A DNA stretch of 64,000 nt, taken from positions 248,001 through 312,000 of the forward strand of contig JAIVFI010000028.1 in the NCBI GenBank assembly GCA_025558095.1. The letters are read 5' to 3'. This stretch comes from Hyaloraphidium curvatum SAG 235-1 (lineage: Eukaryota; Fungi; Monoblepharomycota). Below the pieces are notes generated by a model that was given only the letters and a program-made list of their open reading frames with translations, was not told where the DNA came from and did not search any database. The first letter of the stretch is position 1. Every line of letters starts with the position of its first letter. Of the stretch, positions 1 through 10,396 are shown piece after piece. The position numbers and the translations under genes were made by a program.

Positions 1-1208
1 GGAAGGCACCGTGATCATTGGTCGTCGGGACGCGGACTCCAAGTTCTACGGTGGGTTGAAGGGCATCCGGACCATTTGGTTCGCCTCTAATTGTGCGTCC
101 AGGCCGCAAGATCAGCGCTTCGGAGATCCTTTCGGGCAAGGTGGAGCCGCCCATGGCCGCGAAGCCCCTGTACGAGGCCATCGCTCGCATCACCGAGGGC
201 AACATTGAGGACGTCGGCGGGGACTCGGACGACGACGACGTCGGGAAGAAGGAGTGGGAGAACAAACAGAAGGAAAAGGAGCTCAAGAACCCGGACTACA
301 ACGACCCGTCGAGGCAGGCATACGAGGTGTACACGCCCGGCGGACCTCCAACGGACGTCGAGCCCCAGGGGAACAGCATGACCCGTGCCATGCACTCGGT
401 CACGGGCATGTTTCATCACAACAAGTCGACTCCGCCCCCGAATTCGGAGCAAGGCTACCAGGCATACGAGGCCTACGCCCCTGCGCCCCCCAAAAGCGGA
501 ACGAGCAAACGCCCGCCCGTCGCCCCTCCCGAGCCCGAGGAGGAGCCCGAGCCGGCGCCGCCGCCGGCCTACGCCCCCCCTACGCGTTCTTCAACCGTCT
601 CCAGCAACCCCTACGGGTCCAAGGCGGGCACCACGAGCAGGCGGGACGACCTCTATGGCTCTTCGGGATCCGGCACCACCGGGCGCCGCGACGATCTCTA
701 CGGCGCACCCACCTCGGCCGCTGCGACCAGCAGCTATGCTCCTCCTCCGAAAACCACCACCTCGGGCGGGTACCAGCCCAAGGCCCCCGTACCTGCCTCG
801 GGATACCAGCCGAAGGCTCCCACCCTGGCTTCGTCTGGCACGTCCGGCAGCACGATGAAGAAGCCGCCGCCGCCGCCGCCCAAGAAGCCGGACGCGCTCA
901 GGGACAAGAAGGAGTACGTCGTGGCGTTGTGTGGGTTCTGAGCAGGTGTTGTCAGGCGAACTAGTCTGACTCGCCTCTTCCCACGGAATCCCACAGATCC
1001 GTTCGAAGCCGTCCAACCCGGCGACCTCGAGCTCGAGATGGGCGAGACCTACGAGGTGCTGGAAAAGACGCCGAGCGCGGACGGATGGTGGAAGGGACGG
1101 GCAAAGGACGGGCGGGAAGGGCTGGTGAGCTCATTTTCGCTGTCCTTCCGTGCCCTCGCTGACAGATGCCATATGCAGTTCCCGGGCAACTACACGCGCC
1201 CTGCATGA
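1..1208 (+). CDS. YSC84: YSC84/LSB3 (SH3YL1-like) SYLF + SH3 actin-binding protein, 3' part
   Basis: Spliced translation EGTVIIGRRDADSKFYG|RKISASEILSGKVEPP is the end of a SYLF domain, followed by a Pro-rich linker and an SH3 domain (VVALY|PFEAVQPGDL...DGWWKG...GL|FPGNY, TGA 1206-1208). Introns at about 51-102, 930-996 and 1125-1178. The 5' end lies outside the window. Confidence 0.85.
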
Positions 1209-1303
1209 GCATCACTGCGCCGCAACAAGACGGCAAGATGGAATGGATTGTGGGCCGGTGTGGGTATTGTCCAGTCGTTTTGACCAATACACAATTGCAT
1301 ACA

Positions 1304-2887
1304 TCACCATGCCTTAGTTCTCGAGAACGAAACTTCGAACGCCGTCCGGTCCGGGATCTCGCCGTACCCCGACAGCGGAGCCCTCTTCGTGACGCGGCGG
1401 TCCGTCACCTCCACTCCCTCCCTCTGGACGAGCCAGAGCATCGCCGGGACGGTATCCAGCTCGCCCCGCTCCGGGCCCGGAGCCGAGCCGGTGATCGACT
1501 CCAGCCTCGGAAAACGGGAACCGAGGAACGACGGGAGCAGGTGGAGGGTGGCCTCCTTGCCGAGGAGCTCGACCCGTTCCAGACGCTCGAGGGACAAGTC
1601 GGGAACGTACGGCTTCGGAATCGGAGGAAGCTTGTACCCGTATGCAGGGTCCTGCGCCGGGGTGACGCGCAGCGTGGCGGAGCGCAGGGAAGGAAGCGCC
1701 GCGAGGGAACGAAACACGGTGGGTCGGAACCCGGCGTCGCCGGCCGATAGATCCGGAAAGGTCCAATCGAGGCTGCTGATCTGCCATGGAGCACCGACGG
1801 AAGGAAGCGAGGCGAGATCCAGGATGTGCAAAATCGAAAGGGAGAGGCAACGCGGGAAGAGTTCGACGAGCAGGGAGGACGGGATGGGTTCCGAACTGAC
1901 GATGCTGGAGAGCTCGGTCCGCGAGCGCGAGCGATCCGATGGGACTGACTCGCACGCTAGCGAAAGCGAAGTGAGTTCCGTAAAGCGAGCAGGGATGCTG
2001 GAAAGCCGCACAAGCACGGAGCAGAGGACATCGCCGGCGGACGGGGTCGTTGGCGCGCCCGGTCGCCACGGTGCCGGAGGCTCGACAGGGTCCGTGATGT
2101 AAAGTGAGAGGGAGTCGAGGTGCGGGGCAACCCTGCGCAGAATCTCGACCGCGGCTGGAAGAGCGCGGTTCGAGAAGCGGAGCCCGAGGCTGGGTGCCCG
2201 GCGCCCGGCCAGGAGCTCCCCTATGCGTTCCATGTTGGCAATGGCAGTTGGCTGCAAATCTCTAGGTTGTCCGATGGAGATGGTAACTTCCCTCAAGTTC
2301 GGCCTGGCTTCGAGAATCCGCACCCAACCCTCGGCGTTGATCAGGCCCGGGTCCGACTCGTCCTTCAGAGTCCTGAGCGAGGGGCAGTTTGCCGCAATCG
2401 TGTTGGACACAGCCATGTCGTCGAACCCCATGGCACTGAGTCCGTCGCCGAGTTCGAGCATCCTCAAAGAGCGCAACTGCGGCAGTCGTTCCGGGAGCCA
2501 GTTGGCAGGTAAGGTCGCCCTGGCGATCCTGAATTCGTGCAGCTTGCGCCCCACGTCGTCAATTATCTCGAGAAGAATCCGATTTGTCGCCACCATGTCT
2601 TCCCAGACAAGCCGTTTCGCGTGCGGGTACCACGGATTCTCGGGGAGCGCCCGCGGCCCCGTCGTCGCGTACTGATAGTAACGGTAGGCCGACGAATTCG
2701 TTCCCGTCAAGTAGATCTCCGAGTAGAGATACGGGATCGCGACATCTTTGAGCGCGCGGTTGCTAGCCGCGAGGGAGAAGAGCGTGGCGCGGTCGAGTCG
2801 CTTGAGAATGGGCGCCTGGAGCTCCGACGGCAACTCCAGGAGGGGAAACGTGCCCGGCACGGGCGGAGCACGGGCAGAGGGATCCAT
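1304..2887 (-). CDS. F-box / LRR-like protein
   Basis: N-terminal F-box motif FPLLELPSELQAPILKRLDRATLFSLAASNRALKDVAIPYLY, then LxxLxL repeats. Single ORF. Confidence 0.75.
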   Translation of the reverse strand: MDPSARAPPVPGTFPLLELPSELQAPILKRLDRATLFSLAASNRALKDVAIPYLYSEIYLTGTNSSAYRYYQYATTGPRALPENPWYPHAKRLVWEDMVATNRILLEIIDDVGRKLHEFRIARATLPANWLPERLPQLRSLRMLELGDGLSAMGFDDMAVSNTIAANCPSLRTLKDESDPGLINAEGWVRILEARPNLREVTISIGQPRDLQPTAIANMERIGELLAGRRAPSLGLRFSNRALPAAVEILRRVAPHLDSLSLYITDPVEPPAPWRPGAPTTPSAGDVLCSVLVRLSSIPARFTELTSLSLACESVPSDRSRSRTELSSIVSSEPIPSSLLVELFPRCLSLSILHILDLASLPSVGAPWQISSLDWTFPDLSAGDAGFRPTVFRSLAALPSLRSATLRVTPAQDPAYGYKLPPIPKPYVPDLSLERLERVELLGKEATLHLLPSFLGSRFPRLESITGSAPGPERGELDTVPAMLWLVQREGVEVTDRRVTKRAPLSGYGEIPDRTAFEVSFSRTKAW

Positions 2888-3024
2888 GGCGGCGCCAACC
2901 GGTGAAACGCGGCGGATGAAGGTTGCGGGCGGGGCGATGGAATGCACTGCGGCCGCGGCACTCCGGCAGCATCACCTTCGCGCGGCATAGCATCAGCGGT
3001 TCCGCGTCAGACTCCCGAAACGCG

Positions 3025-3654
3025 ATGGAAACGGATCTCCGTCGCCTCCGACGCGTCGGTTTCGTGTGCCTCGCCACGAGCGGTGTTCTCTCCGGCGTCC
3101 GCTCGGTCCTGGACTTCCTCGCTGGCCCACCGCCCTCGATCGGAGCAGACATTTTGGCCTGGACCGTTGTGCAACGGACAAAGATAGCTCTGTCGAACGA
3201 GCTCCTGGCCTTTTCGGCGGCGCTGCTGGTACCCACCCTGCCGCAGCTGCATGCTCTTCTGCAGCGAGGAGGGCTCTTGAAGGCAATTCTCGGTTGCGGC
3301 CTGCTCGCAGCCGCTATTCCTGTTCTCTTTCTTGCGGTCGTTTTCCAGGGACGGTTCGTTTATCCGATCGGCGGGCTCTCCCTGCGATCTGCGGACTCCG
3401 CGGAGCTCCTCGTGGCACTCTATCTCGGCAGCCTGCATCTGGCATCGATCCTGCGCGCTGCGGCGACGGTTGCCACTTCCCTTGCTCTGCGGACCATTCC
3501 CGAAGGAGGCACTTTGGGGACTTGGGGTTTGACCGCGGCCGTGGTCGAGTTTATTGGCTCGTACCCAGATTTTGGGCCGGTAGTGCTGTTTGCTTGCCAA
3601 ATCGGGCCGGCGGTGTGGTTTATAGCCCTGGGACTTGCTTTTGCCGGGGCGTAA
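3025..3654 (+). CDS. Multi-pass membrane protein, bacteria-like (DUF4386-like)
   Basis: Intronless ORF with 5-6 hydrophobic helices and motifs GPPPS.GA.ILAW, GR.VYP, IG.YPD. Family assignment is from recollection only. Confidence 0.55.
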   Translation: METDLRRLRRVGFVCLATSGVLSGVRSVLDFLAGPPPSIGADILAWTVVQRTKIALSNELLAFSAALLVPTLPQLHALLQRGGLLKAILGCGLLAAAIPVLFLAVVFQGRFVYPIGGLSLRSADSAELLVALYLGSLHLASILRAAATVATSLALRTIPEGGTLGTWGLTAAVVEFIGSYPDFGPVVLFACQIGPAVWFIALGLAFAGA

Positions 3655-3878
3655 GCGGCATCCGGCCTTCGTGATCACGATTCGAAAAGGTGGACGACCC
3701 GATGTCTCGCACGGCCCAAAGGAGGTCAAGGGCAATTCAGTGGCAATTCACACCGATGAACATTCCAAGAAGAGCAGCCAAGTGTCCGCGCCAAAGCGAT
3801 CCAATGAGTCCGTGATCCAAGTTCCCCCAGCAGTCCAGACCCCGGGCGCCGTGCCGGCCGGTCTGCCCCAGGCCGCCC

Positions 3879-4412
3879 TCAGGCCTCGCAAGCCTCCACT
3901 GCTGTCGCAGCAAACATCCGCTGCCTCGTCTTTCCCCTCACTCTGCCCACCGGCTCCCGTTTCCGGATTCCTTTGGCCTCCTCCGCTGATGCGAGCTCGA
4001 CCGGGGCACCCCTCGCCCCCACAAAGTCCTCGTCCGCGTAGCGCGCCCCCTCGCCTCCGTACAGGAGCAATCGCCGCGAAGCGACGAGCACGCCGGGGCC
4101 CCTGGGGTTCCGCACGGTAGCGTAGAGCGTCGCGAAGGCCCGCGCCTCGCCCTCCTCGCCCACGGGCAGCCGGATCGCGCGGCGCTGGCCGGGGAGCACG
4201 ACCTCGATCCGCACCTTCGGCAGCGGCAGCGGCTTGCGCTTCCCGGTCCACGGGGGCGCGGCGATCTCGCCTCCGGCCACCGCTTCTTCGACTTTCCACC
4301 AGTCCGGCTCGCCGTGGCCGGCGCCGGGCTCCTCCAGCGCGACGACGATGGCGTGCGATGTGGCGTTCAACACCGCGTACGAACAGGCGTCCCGGGACTG
4401 CGCCGCGCCCAT
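3879..4412 (-). CDS. Hypothetical protein with predicted N-myristoylation site (MGAAQS)
   Basis: ORF with coding-like codon usage and an M-G-x-x-x-S start. The 3' end is uncertain. Confidence 0.45.
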   Translation of the reverse strand: MGAAQSRDACSYAVLNATSHAIVVALEEPGAGHGEPDWWKVEEAVAGGEIAAPPWTGKRKPLPLPKVRIEVVLPGQRRAIRLPVGEEGEARAFATLYATVRNPRGPGVLVASRRLLLYGGEGARYADEDFVGARGAPVELASAEEAKGIRKREPVGRVRGKTRQRMFAATAVEACEA

Positions 4413-5346
4413 GTTTGCCGATTTCGGTTGGTTGGGCGAAGGGTGGCCGGGTCTGGATCGGCGGGTGCGGCCGCCGATTGTTGCGGCCGCCGACCGTCTC
4501 CCGCCCTCCCGCCGCCTCCGCGAGAGGCTGCCGCAAACGCCGGGGAAAGGCGATTCTTTGCCACCGCACGACCGGAAGCAACCACGGTTGGGTTCCAGCC
4601 CGCGCTCGGGCCACCCGGTAACCGGGCCGACTTTCCGCAGCACAGCCATGCCAGCTCCCAGCTTGGCGTTGCGCCGGCGGCCGATGCCCGATCTTTCCCC
4701 AGGGGCAGCGCGGATGCGGGCCGATCTATTACAGGAGCATTCTATGGATACCGGGCCACATTTCCGACCACCGGATGCGGGGATTCCAGCTTGGACGGGT
4801 CATTGGATAAGTGTGTGTCGGAAGCCACATATCGGACATGACCGCCGGCAGGTCGAATCGAACGTCTAGAGCCTCACAGAGAGCCGGCAATCTATAAAAC
4901 ATCGTTCGAGGAGCCCGGGTGCTTTTTCTCGGGGATCGGTTGCCGGCAACGTGTGACATGCTTTCTCGAGCCGGTTGGAATCGCACCCGACTAACCTGGC
5001 AGCAGACCCGCTGGACATGTCCAGACCGACCTGCGGTGCGCTCTTCCTCTGTTCCATCTGGTCTCCTTGCTGCTTGAGCAGGTGGACAGAGGAGTTTGTG
5101 CTCGTCTCGGGACCGGACTTTGCGAACGAAGCAGTCAGGTTTCTTCAGCATTTGTCAAAGGTTCTGCCGTCGTCATCTTGCTGCGACGTGCGGGAGAACT
5201 CAGAATCATTTCCGCCCAACACTCGCTTTGCCTCGCTCGAGATCTGCAGCGGAGTCATTTCGGGAAACTGGCTGATTCGGGGTCAGAGCTCCCTGGGGCG
5301 AGTCATCCACCGACAACATCGAACAACTGCCAGCAGAAACATCCGC

Positions 5347-7008
5347 ATGGACACCATTGGAAGACGAAGAGAGCCCGCGGACGAGCCGCAGCCCAATGAG
5401 GGACCCCGGGACGACGGTCCGCAAGGCGCTGTCGCGGCGCTCCCACGAGAACCCGAGCCGCTAGTCGCCACCGCGCTGGCCTCCCTCGGCTTCGGCGCCT
5501 TCCAGCGCCGCGCGTTTGCGCTCGGCTCGATCGGCTGGTCCGTCGGCGGGCTGTACTGCACCGGCGTCCCCCTCCTGCTGCCGCAGCTCGAGGCCTCGTT
5601 CGGGGCCTCCCGCGCTACGCAGGGCCTCTTCCTGCTTTGCTTCTACCTCGGATTCGCGCTCGGCGAGCTGCTCACCGGCGAACTCGCGGGCAGCAAAGGT
5701 CGCGTACCTTCTTTCATCGGGACACTCTGGGCCATGCCGGTGGCAGCGGCTCTGACCGCCGTTTCGCCGTGGTTTCCCCTCGCCTGCATATTCGCCCTCG
5801 CCCTCGGAGGCGGCATCGGAGGGATGACCAACGTCGCCGCGTCCCTCTTTCTCGAATGGGTGCCGAAATCCAAGGCTTCGTTGATGAGCTACATGAACCT
5901 TGTCTACTATGTCGTGTGCCTGGTTCCCTCAATCCTCGCCTTCCTTCTGCTCCCCCTAGACATTACCATCTACGGTCCGCCGGGAAGCGGTGCATGGCGT
6001 GCCTACTTGCTTGCCCTCGCCGGAATTGGCGCGCTTTCGGCGGCGGCGACTCACATCTTCGTCAGGCCGCTGTTGGAGACGCCGCACTTCTTAGCCTCCA
6101 AGGGTAGGCTCGCGGAAGCTGCATACGTGCTGCGCCGCGCGGCAGGAATTAACGGACGAGACGCGGACGGGGTCGCCGAAATCACGCAGCTCGAAATGCT
6201 GGCCGCTGACAAGGCTGCTAAGGCAGGCAAGCCCGACGGATCGTTCTCCTCCAAGCTTGCATCACTACCTTCCAAAGCTGCCGCGGCGTGGCGGTCGCTG
6301 GTTTCGTTCTTCCGCGAAGCCGGAGCGGCCTCGCTCGCAGGCGGACCGCAATTCCGCCGAAATGGAACCTTGCTCTATTTCTTTTGGACCCTTTACTTCT
6401 TCGGCACTACCATGTTCTCGGGCTTCGTCGCCGTCATCATGCAGGACCTCGGCCTCACGGACGTGAGGGGAACCTATCGGGATTTGATCATCTACACGCT
6501 ATTCGCAGCGCCGTCGACGATCGCTGCCAAGTACATGCTGGATAGCCCACGTCTGGGCAGAGTCGGCACCCTGTGGACCACAACACTGTTCGCTGCGCTC
6601 TCCCTCGGCGCATTCTCCGCGGTCTGCGTGCTCGCAGCGCGCACTCCTTCGTCCGCGCTTCAGATCGGTGCCGTCGTCGCCTCGACGTGTTTCAACGCCG
6701 GCGCACAGGCCTCGGGCGCGGCGCTGTGGCTCTACACGCCCGAGCTGTTTGCTCCTGGAGTGCGCACCGAGGTCGTCGCGCTGTACATGGGGGTCGGAAG
6801 GGCCGCGGCGACGGTGGCGCCCGCGATTGCCGGGGTGCTGCTGCGCGTGCCGATCGCGGGGAGCACGGCGCTGCTGCCCCTCGTCGCGGGGGTTCTGCTT
6901 GCGGTCTCGGCGGTGCTCGCGAGGTTCATGCCTGTGGAAACTCTGCCCGGCAAAAGGGACAGGGCGGGGAAGGTACACCCCGAGGATGCGGCCGGATCCA
7001 AAGGGTGA
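5347..7008 (+). CDS. MFS transporter (SV2/organic cation transporter-like)
   Basis: About 12 TM helices; motifs GFGAFQ, LAGSKGR, LEWVP, WRAY, ETPHFL..KGR..EA, LGRVG, YTPELF...R. Confidence 0.88.
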   Translation: MDTIGRRREPADEPQPNEGPRDDGPQGAVAALPREPEPLVATALASLGFGAFQRRAFALGSIGWSVGGLYCTGVPLLLPQLEASFGASRATQGLFLLCFYLGFALGELLTGELAGSKGRVPSFIGTLWAMPVAAALTAVSPWFPLACIFALALGGGIGGMTNVAASLFLEWVPKSKASLMSYMNLVYYVVCLVPSILAFLLLPLDITIYGPPGSGAWRAYLLALAGIGALSAAATHIFVRPLLETPHFLASKGRLAEAAYVLRRAAGINGRDADGVAEITQLEMLAADKAAKAGKPDGSFSSKLASLPSKAAAAWRSLVSFFREAGAASLAGGPQFRRNGTLLYFFWTLYFFGTTMFSGFVAVIMQDLGLTDVRGTYRDLIIYTLFAAPSTIAAKYMLDSPRLGRVGTLWTTTLFAALSLGAFSAVCVLAARTPSSALQIGAVVASTCFNAGAQASGAALWLYTPELFAPGVRTEVVALYMGVGRAAATVAPAIAGVLLRVPIAGSTALLPLVAGVLLAVSAVLARFMPVETLPGKRDRAGKVHPEDAAGSKG

Positions 7009-7061
7009 GCCTTGAGAAGCCGAGTCTTTTGATCCGCATGTGCATAGAGTTAAACGCAGCA

Positions 7062-7961
7062 TTAGCCGTACAGCAGCTCGTCTGCCGGTACCTCGCCCCG
7101 AACGGGCCGGCGCGCCCCGTTCCCATCGGGCAACGGCATATGCAGCCCTCTCCTCAACGTCTGCCGCCAGACATCCCCTCCGACATCAACGCCGATCCTC
7201 TCCAGGGCCCGCTCGAGGTCCTCGGCCGTCCGCACGGGCTCCACCGTCTTGGAATCCCCCTCGGTGGTCGTCAGCTTGCCGTCGCTCAGCACCATCCTGC
7301 CCCCGCCTTCCAAACCTATGGCCACGTTCACGTCCTCGCGTATCGCCTCGCCCCGCTTGTTCGACTGGAAGAAGTTGACCACCTCCAGATCCGCTACGGT
7401 CACGGGCGCGTCCTCGGCGATCCAGACGTCTGCCCAACCGTCATTCCTCTGAACCTGCAGCACCCAGCCTCCCTCTTCCCGGACTAGACGACACGTCCCG
7501 TGCATCGTCTCCTGAACCAGGCCCTCCTCCAGCACCAGCGGCGCCGACAGTCTCAGGGATCCGTACGCAACCTCGACCAGGTATTCGTCGCACTCCCCAT
7601 GGCAATTCTCCATCGGCAGCCTCACAAAGAGCGCGGAATGTGCACGGGGGACATCCCGCCCCTCTTCGACCCTCCACCGGGCCCTCGCCAAGGCGATCCT
7701 CGTGGAGTACCCGACGGCGTCGAGGGCAAGCTTCAAGAGGAGCGTGTGCTCGTGGCACCATCCACCCCTCCTCCTTCGGACCATCTTTTCCTGCAGACCC
7801 GCGGCGGAGAGGTCGGGGGTCCGGCCAAGCACGGCGTCAATGTTTTCGAAGGGAATGGAGAGGGCGTGGCGCAGGACGAGGGAGTGGAGGGTCGGAAGGT
7901 CCGGCTCCAGTGGTCCCGGGAGGGAGACGCGCGCGAGGTACGCGTCGAGGTCGAAGGGCAT
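7062..7961 (-). CDS. nat: Arylamine N-acetyltransferase
   Basis: FDLDAYLARV, H..SIPFENID, RRRGGWCHEH (catalytic Cys), AHSAL (His), YLVEVAYG (third triad position). Intronless. Confidence 0.9.
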   Translation of the reverse strand: MPFDLDAYLARVSLPGPLEPDLPTLHSLVLRHALSIPFENIDAVLGRTPDLSAAGLQEKMVRRRRGGWCHEHTLLLKLALDAVGYSTRIALARARWRVEEGRDVPRAHSALFVRLPMENCHGECDEYLVEVAYGSLRLSAPLVLEEGLVQETMHGTCRLVREEGGWVLQVQRNDGWADVWIAEDAPVTVADLEVVNFFQSNKRGEAIREDVNVAIGLEGGGRMVLSDGKLTTTEGDSKTVEPVRTAEDLERALERIGVDVGGDVWRQTLRRGLHMPLPDGNGARRPVRGEVPADELLYG

Positions 7962-8263
7962 CGCGGTAGCGCGGAGAGTCTCGAGAGTGGGCGCTTTTTC
8001 TGATCCCGTTTGGTATCGCCCGGCCGGTGCGCACCGGCCGCGAACGCGTTTGGACGGGAGACAAAGCCGGCCGGTTCGATCAGGGGCTCGGTGCGGATGC
8101 CGTTGGAGACGTCAACGCGCACCGGATTTCATCCAACCATGCCATGCGAGGCTTCAGGCAGTGATTCAAAGATACAGCCTTCATCTTTCCCGCCAGCGGC
8201 GTCTCGCTACAGCTCCACGTCAACGCTCCCTTCTCAACCTGCGTCACTCCCGTCCCCATCCGC

Positions 8264-9829
8264 TCAAGATGGCTGCAAGGGGCAGTACGTTTGCAGAGTC
8301 ACGAACGTGCCAAAACCCCGCATGATGCCCCAACCGCCGACGATGAGCGTCAGCAGCGTGACTGCGACCGTCTTGGCCAGCCCGTACGTGACGGGCAGGC
8401 CCCAGAAACGGATTCTGTGGTGTTCCGCCGAGCCCGCAAGACCTTGCAGCAGCACTGCCCGGGCGCGCACACGCTCCTGTACAGCATCCCGTTGCGGTGA
8501 AGGCGGAAGTCCGGCTGCTTCAGACAAGAGACTCGAAAGCGAGAGGTGAGCCGAGCGGTACAGTTCCGAGACGGCATCCATCTGGCCGTTGATGCTCGGT
8601 AGCCCGAATAATGTGAGTACGATGAAGACAGGGAACCAGAGGATTCCCACGAGGATCCACCCCGGGATGCAGTATCCAGTTGACACCGAGACCACGAGCC
8701 ACGCCAGGCACATAGGCACGTACATGGTCGCAAGGGAGGATGCTATGGCGATTTCGGTCGCGTTTCCTTCAAATGCGGACCAGCGGGAAGCATAGCCCCG
8801 GTGCAGCTCGACAAAGAGCTCTTGCGCGGGCAAGAGAGCAAGGCCGGACACGGGATCGGCGAGCGCAGCCGCAGCCCGAGAGACGAAGGAGCGGAGCGAA
8901 AGGTACGTTGCGCGGCGGTATACGCGGGTGCAGATGCGAACGAACGGATCGTTCCTGCCGACGAATGTCCGCCAAAACGACGGAGCAGAGTACTGGAGGA
9001 TTGTGAGCAGCGAAAGGGTTCCAAGAATGGCACCCCACGCCCGCGACCAGATGATGCCGCCGAGGAAAACAAGAGCGGTCCAGCGCATGAGAGACATGTA
9101 CAGAGCAACCGGGAGTTGCAGCCCAAGGCTCCTGAGGAAGCGTTCCCATGGGATCCAACGCACGAGCGAGCGAACGCAATTGCGGCAGGGACATAGCGAG
9201 TCACCCTCGCGGTGTGCGACGAGCCCCGAAACCCCGTCCTGGTCCAGCTCGAGGGTGTCGCAGTCGGTGTCAGCGACCAGCACCGCTCCTGGGGCCCCCT
9301 GCAGCTGCCACAACCGCCACAGCTGCTTCACAGACATGAGATGGATATCCCGCGGTGGCGGCGCGTCTTTGGACGCCCAGTGCATCGCCAGCGACACAAC
9401 AGTGTTGGAAACGATAAAGAAACCAAGGTTGAAGGTCCCGGCGATGAGCTGCGTTTGCCCAAAGGTGCCCGCCGTGTCCAGAATGAACGGAATGGGCATA
9501 ACACAGACCACGCCCAGGCTGTGGAGCACGCCCGGGACCCAGGAGTTTCCGAGCGCTATCCATGGGGAAAGCGAGTTGACGGCGCGCTCCTGCCACGCGA
9601 GCCAGCCTCCTCCATGCTCCGACGCGGCTCGGATCCATTTTTCAAAGGTGATCGGGTCAGATTGTTCCGATTCGATGTCGTCGGGGGACCGGTCGTCGCC
9701 GTTCGCGGAGAGCGGCAAGCGGTCCTCGAACAGCGCGGCTGCCGCCGACGGCGCCGAGTCCGGGAATATCACGAGCCATTCCTCGGCGGAAAACGAAAGC
9801 GGCGCAGCGCTCCGCTCCTGCGGGGACAT
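8264..9829 (-). CDS. 7-TM membrane protein, candidate GR-like / 7TM ion channel family
   Basis: Seven hydrophobic segments in three hairpin pairs plus a split final segment (IRFWGLPVT-YGLAKTVAVTLLTLIVG). Intronless. CDS is well supported; family is tentative. Confidence 0.6.
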   Translation of the reverse strand: MSPQERSAAPLSFSAEEWLVIFPDSAPSAAAALFEDRLPLSANGDDRSPDDIESEQSDPITFEKWIRAASEHGGGWLAWQERAVNSLSPWIALGNSWVPGVLHSLGVVCVMPIPFILDTAGTFGQTQLIAGTFNLGFFIVSNTVVSLAMHWASKDAPPPRDIHLMSVKQLWRLWQLQGAPGAVLVADTDCDTLELDQDGVSGLVAHREGDSLCPCRNCVRSLVRWIPWERFLRSLGLQLPVALYMSLMRWTALVFLGGIIWSRAWGAILGTLSLLTILQYSAPSFWRTFVGRNDPFVRICTRVYRRATYLSLRSFVSRAAAALADPVSGLALLPAQELFVELHRGYASRWSAFEGNATEIAIASSLATMYVPMCLAWLVVSVSTGYCIPGWILVGILWFPVFIVLTLFGLPSINGQMDAVSELYRSAHLSLSSLLSEAAGLPPSPQRDAVQERVRARAVLLQGLAGSAEHHRIRFWGLPVTYGLAKTVAVTLLTLIVGGWGIMRGFGTFVTLQTYCPLQPS

Positions 9830-10396
9830 CTCGAGCCCAAGTCTCCCACACGGTTGCTGTGGTGGACCAGCCGCAACACTGTATCGCGCCGCCGCGGTCT
9901 TGCAGATTTCAAGGCAGCGGATCCAATCCAGCTTCTTGAGCTGCAGAAGATCATCGGATGGAGAGATTCGCTTCGCGGAAAGCTTCCGCCGCCTTACTTT
10001 CATGACCGACCAGTCGAGGGGGGCGACGGTCCCGCTCAGTGAGCAGATCCTAGCAGCTGCAAGGCGGCTTGAATGTGAGGTACAAATGAGCTGATTCGGT
10101 TGGTGGCAAACGTCCTCCCCATTACTTTTGGCGTGGCAGAGGCCGGTGAGCGGGCTTCTCGCGCTCGGAGGGCTGCGAGCATTGCGAGCGCGCCCAAGAG
10201 TCCATCAAAAAACGACCAACTATGTCGAAAATGCCGCCGGAACATTTCTTCGTTGCCGATTGGAGTTGCCCGGGCGGCCGCCGGGGGCACGGTTTGGTTC
10301 CGAGGTCCGCCCGCCCTTGCGTGAAGGCAAATGCCCTTGCGTGAAGGCAAACGTCACGTCCACTTCCGTTTCCCCGTGGACACCGATGGCCCCGCG

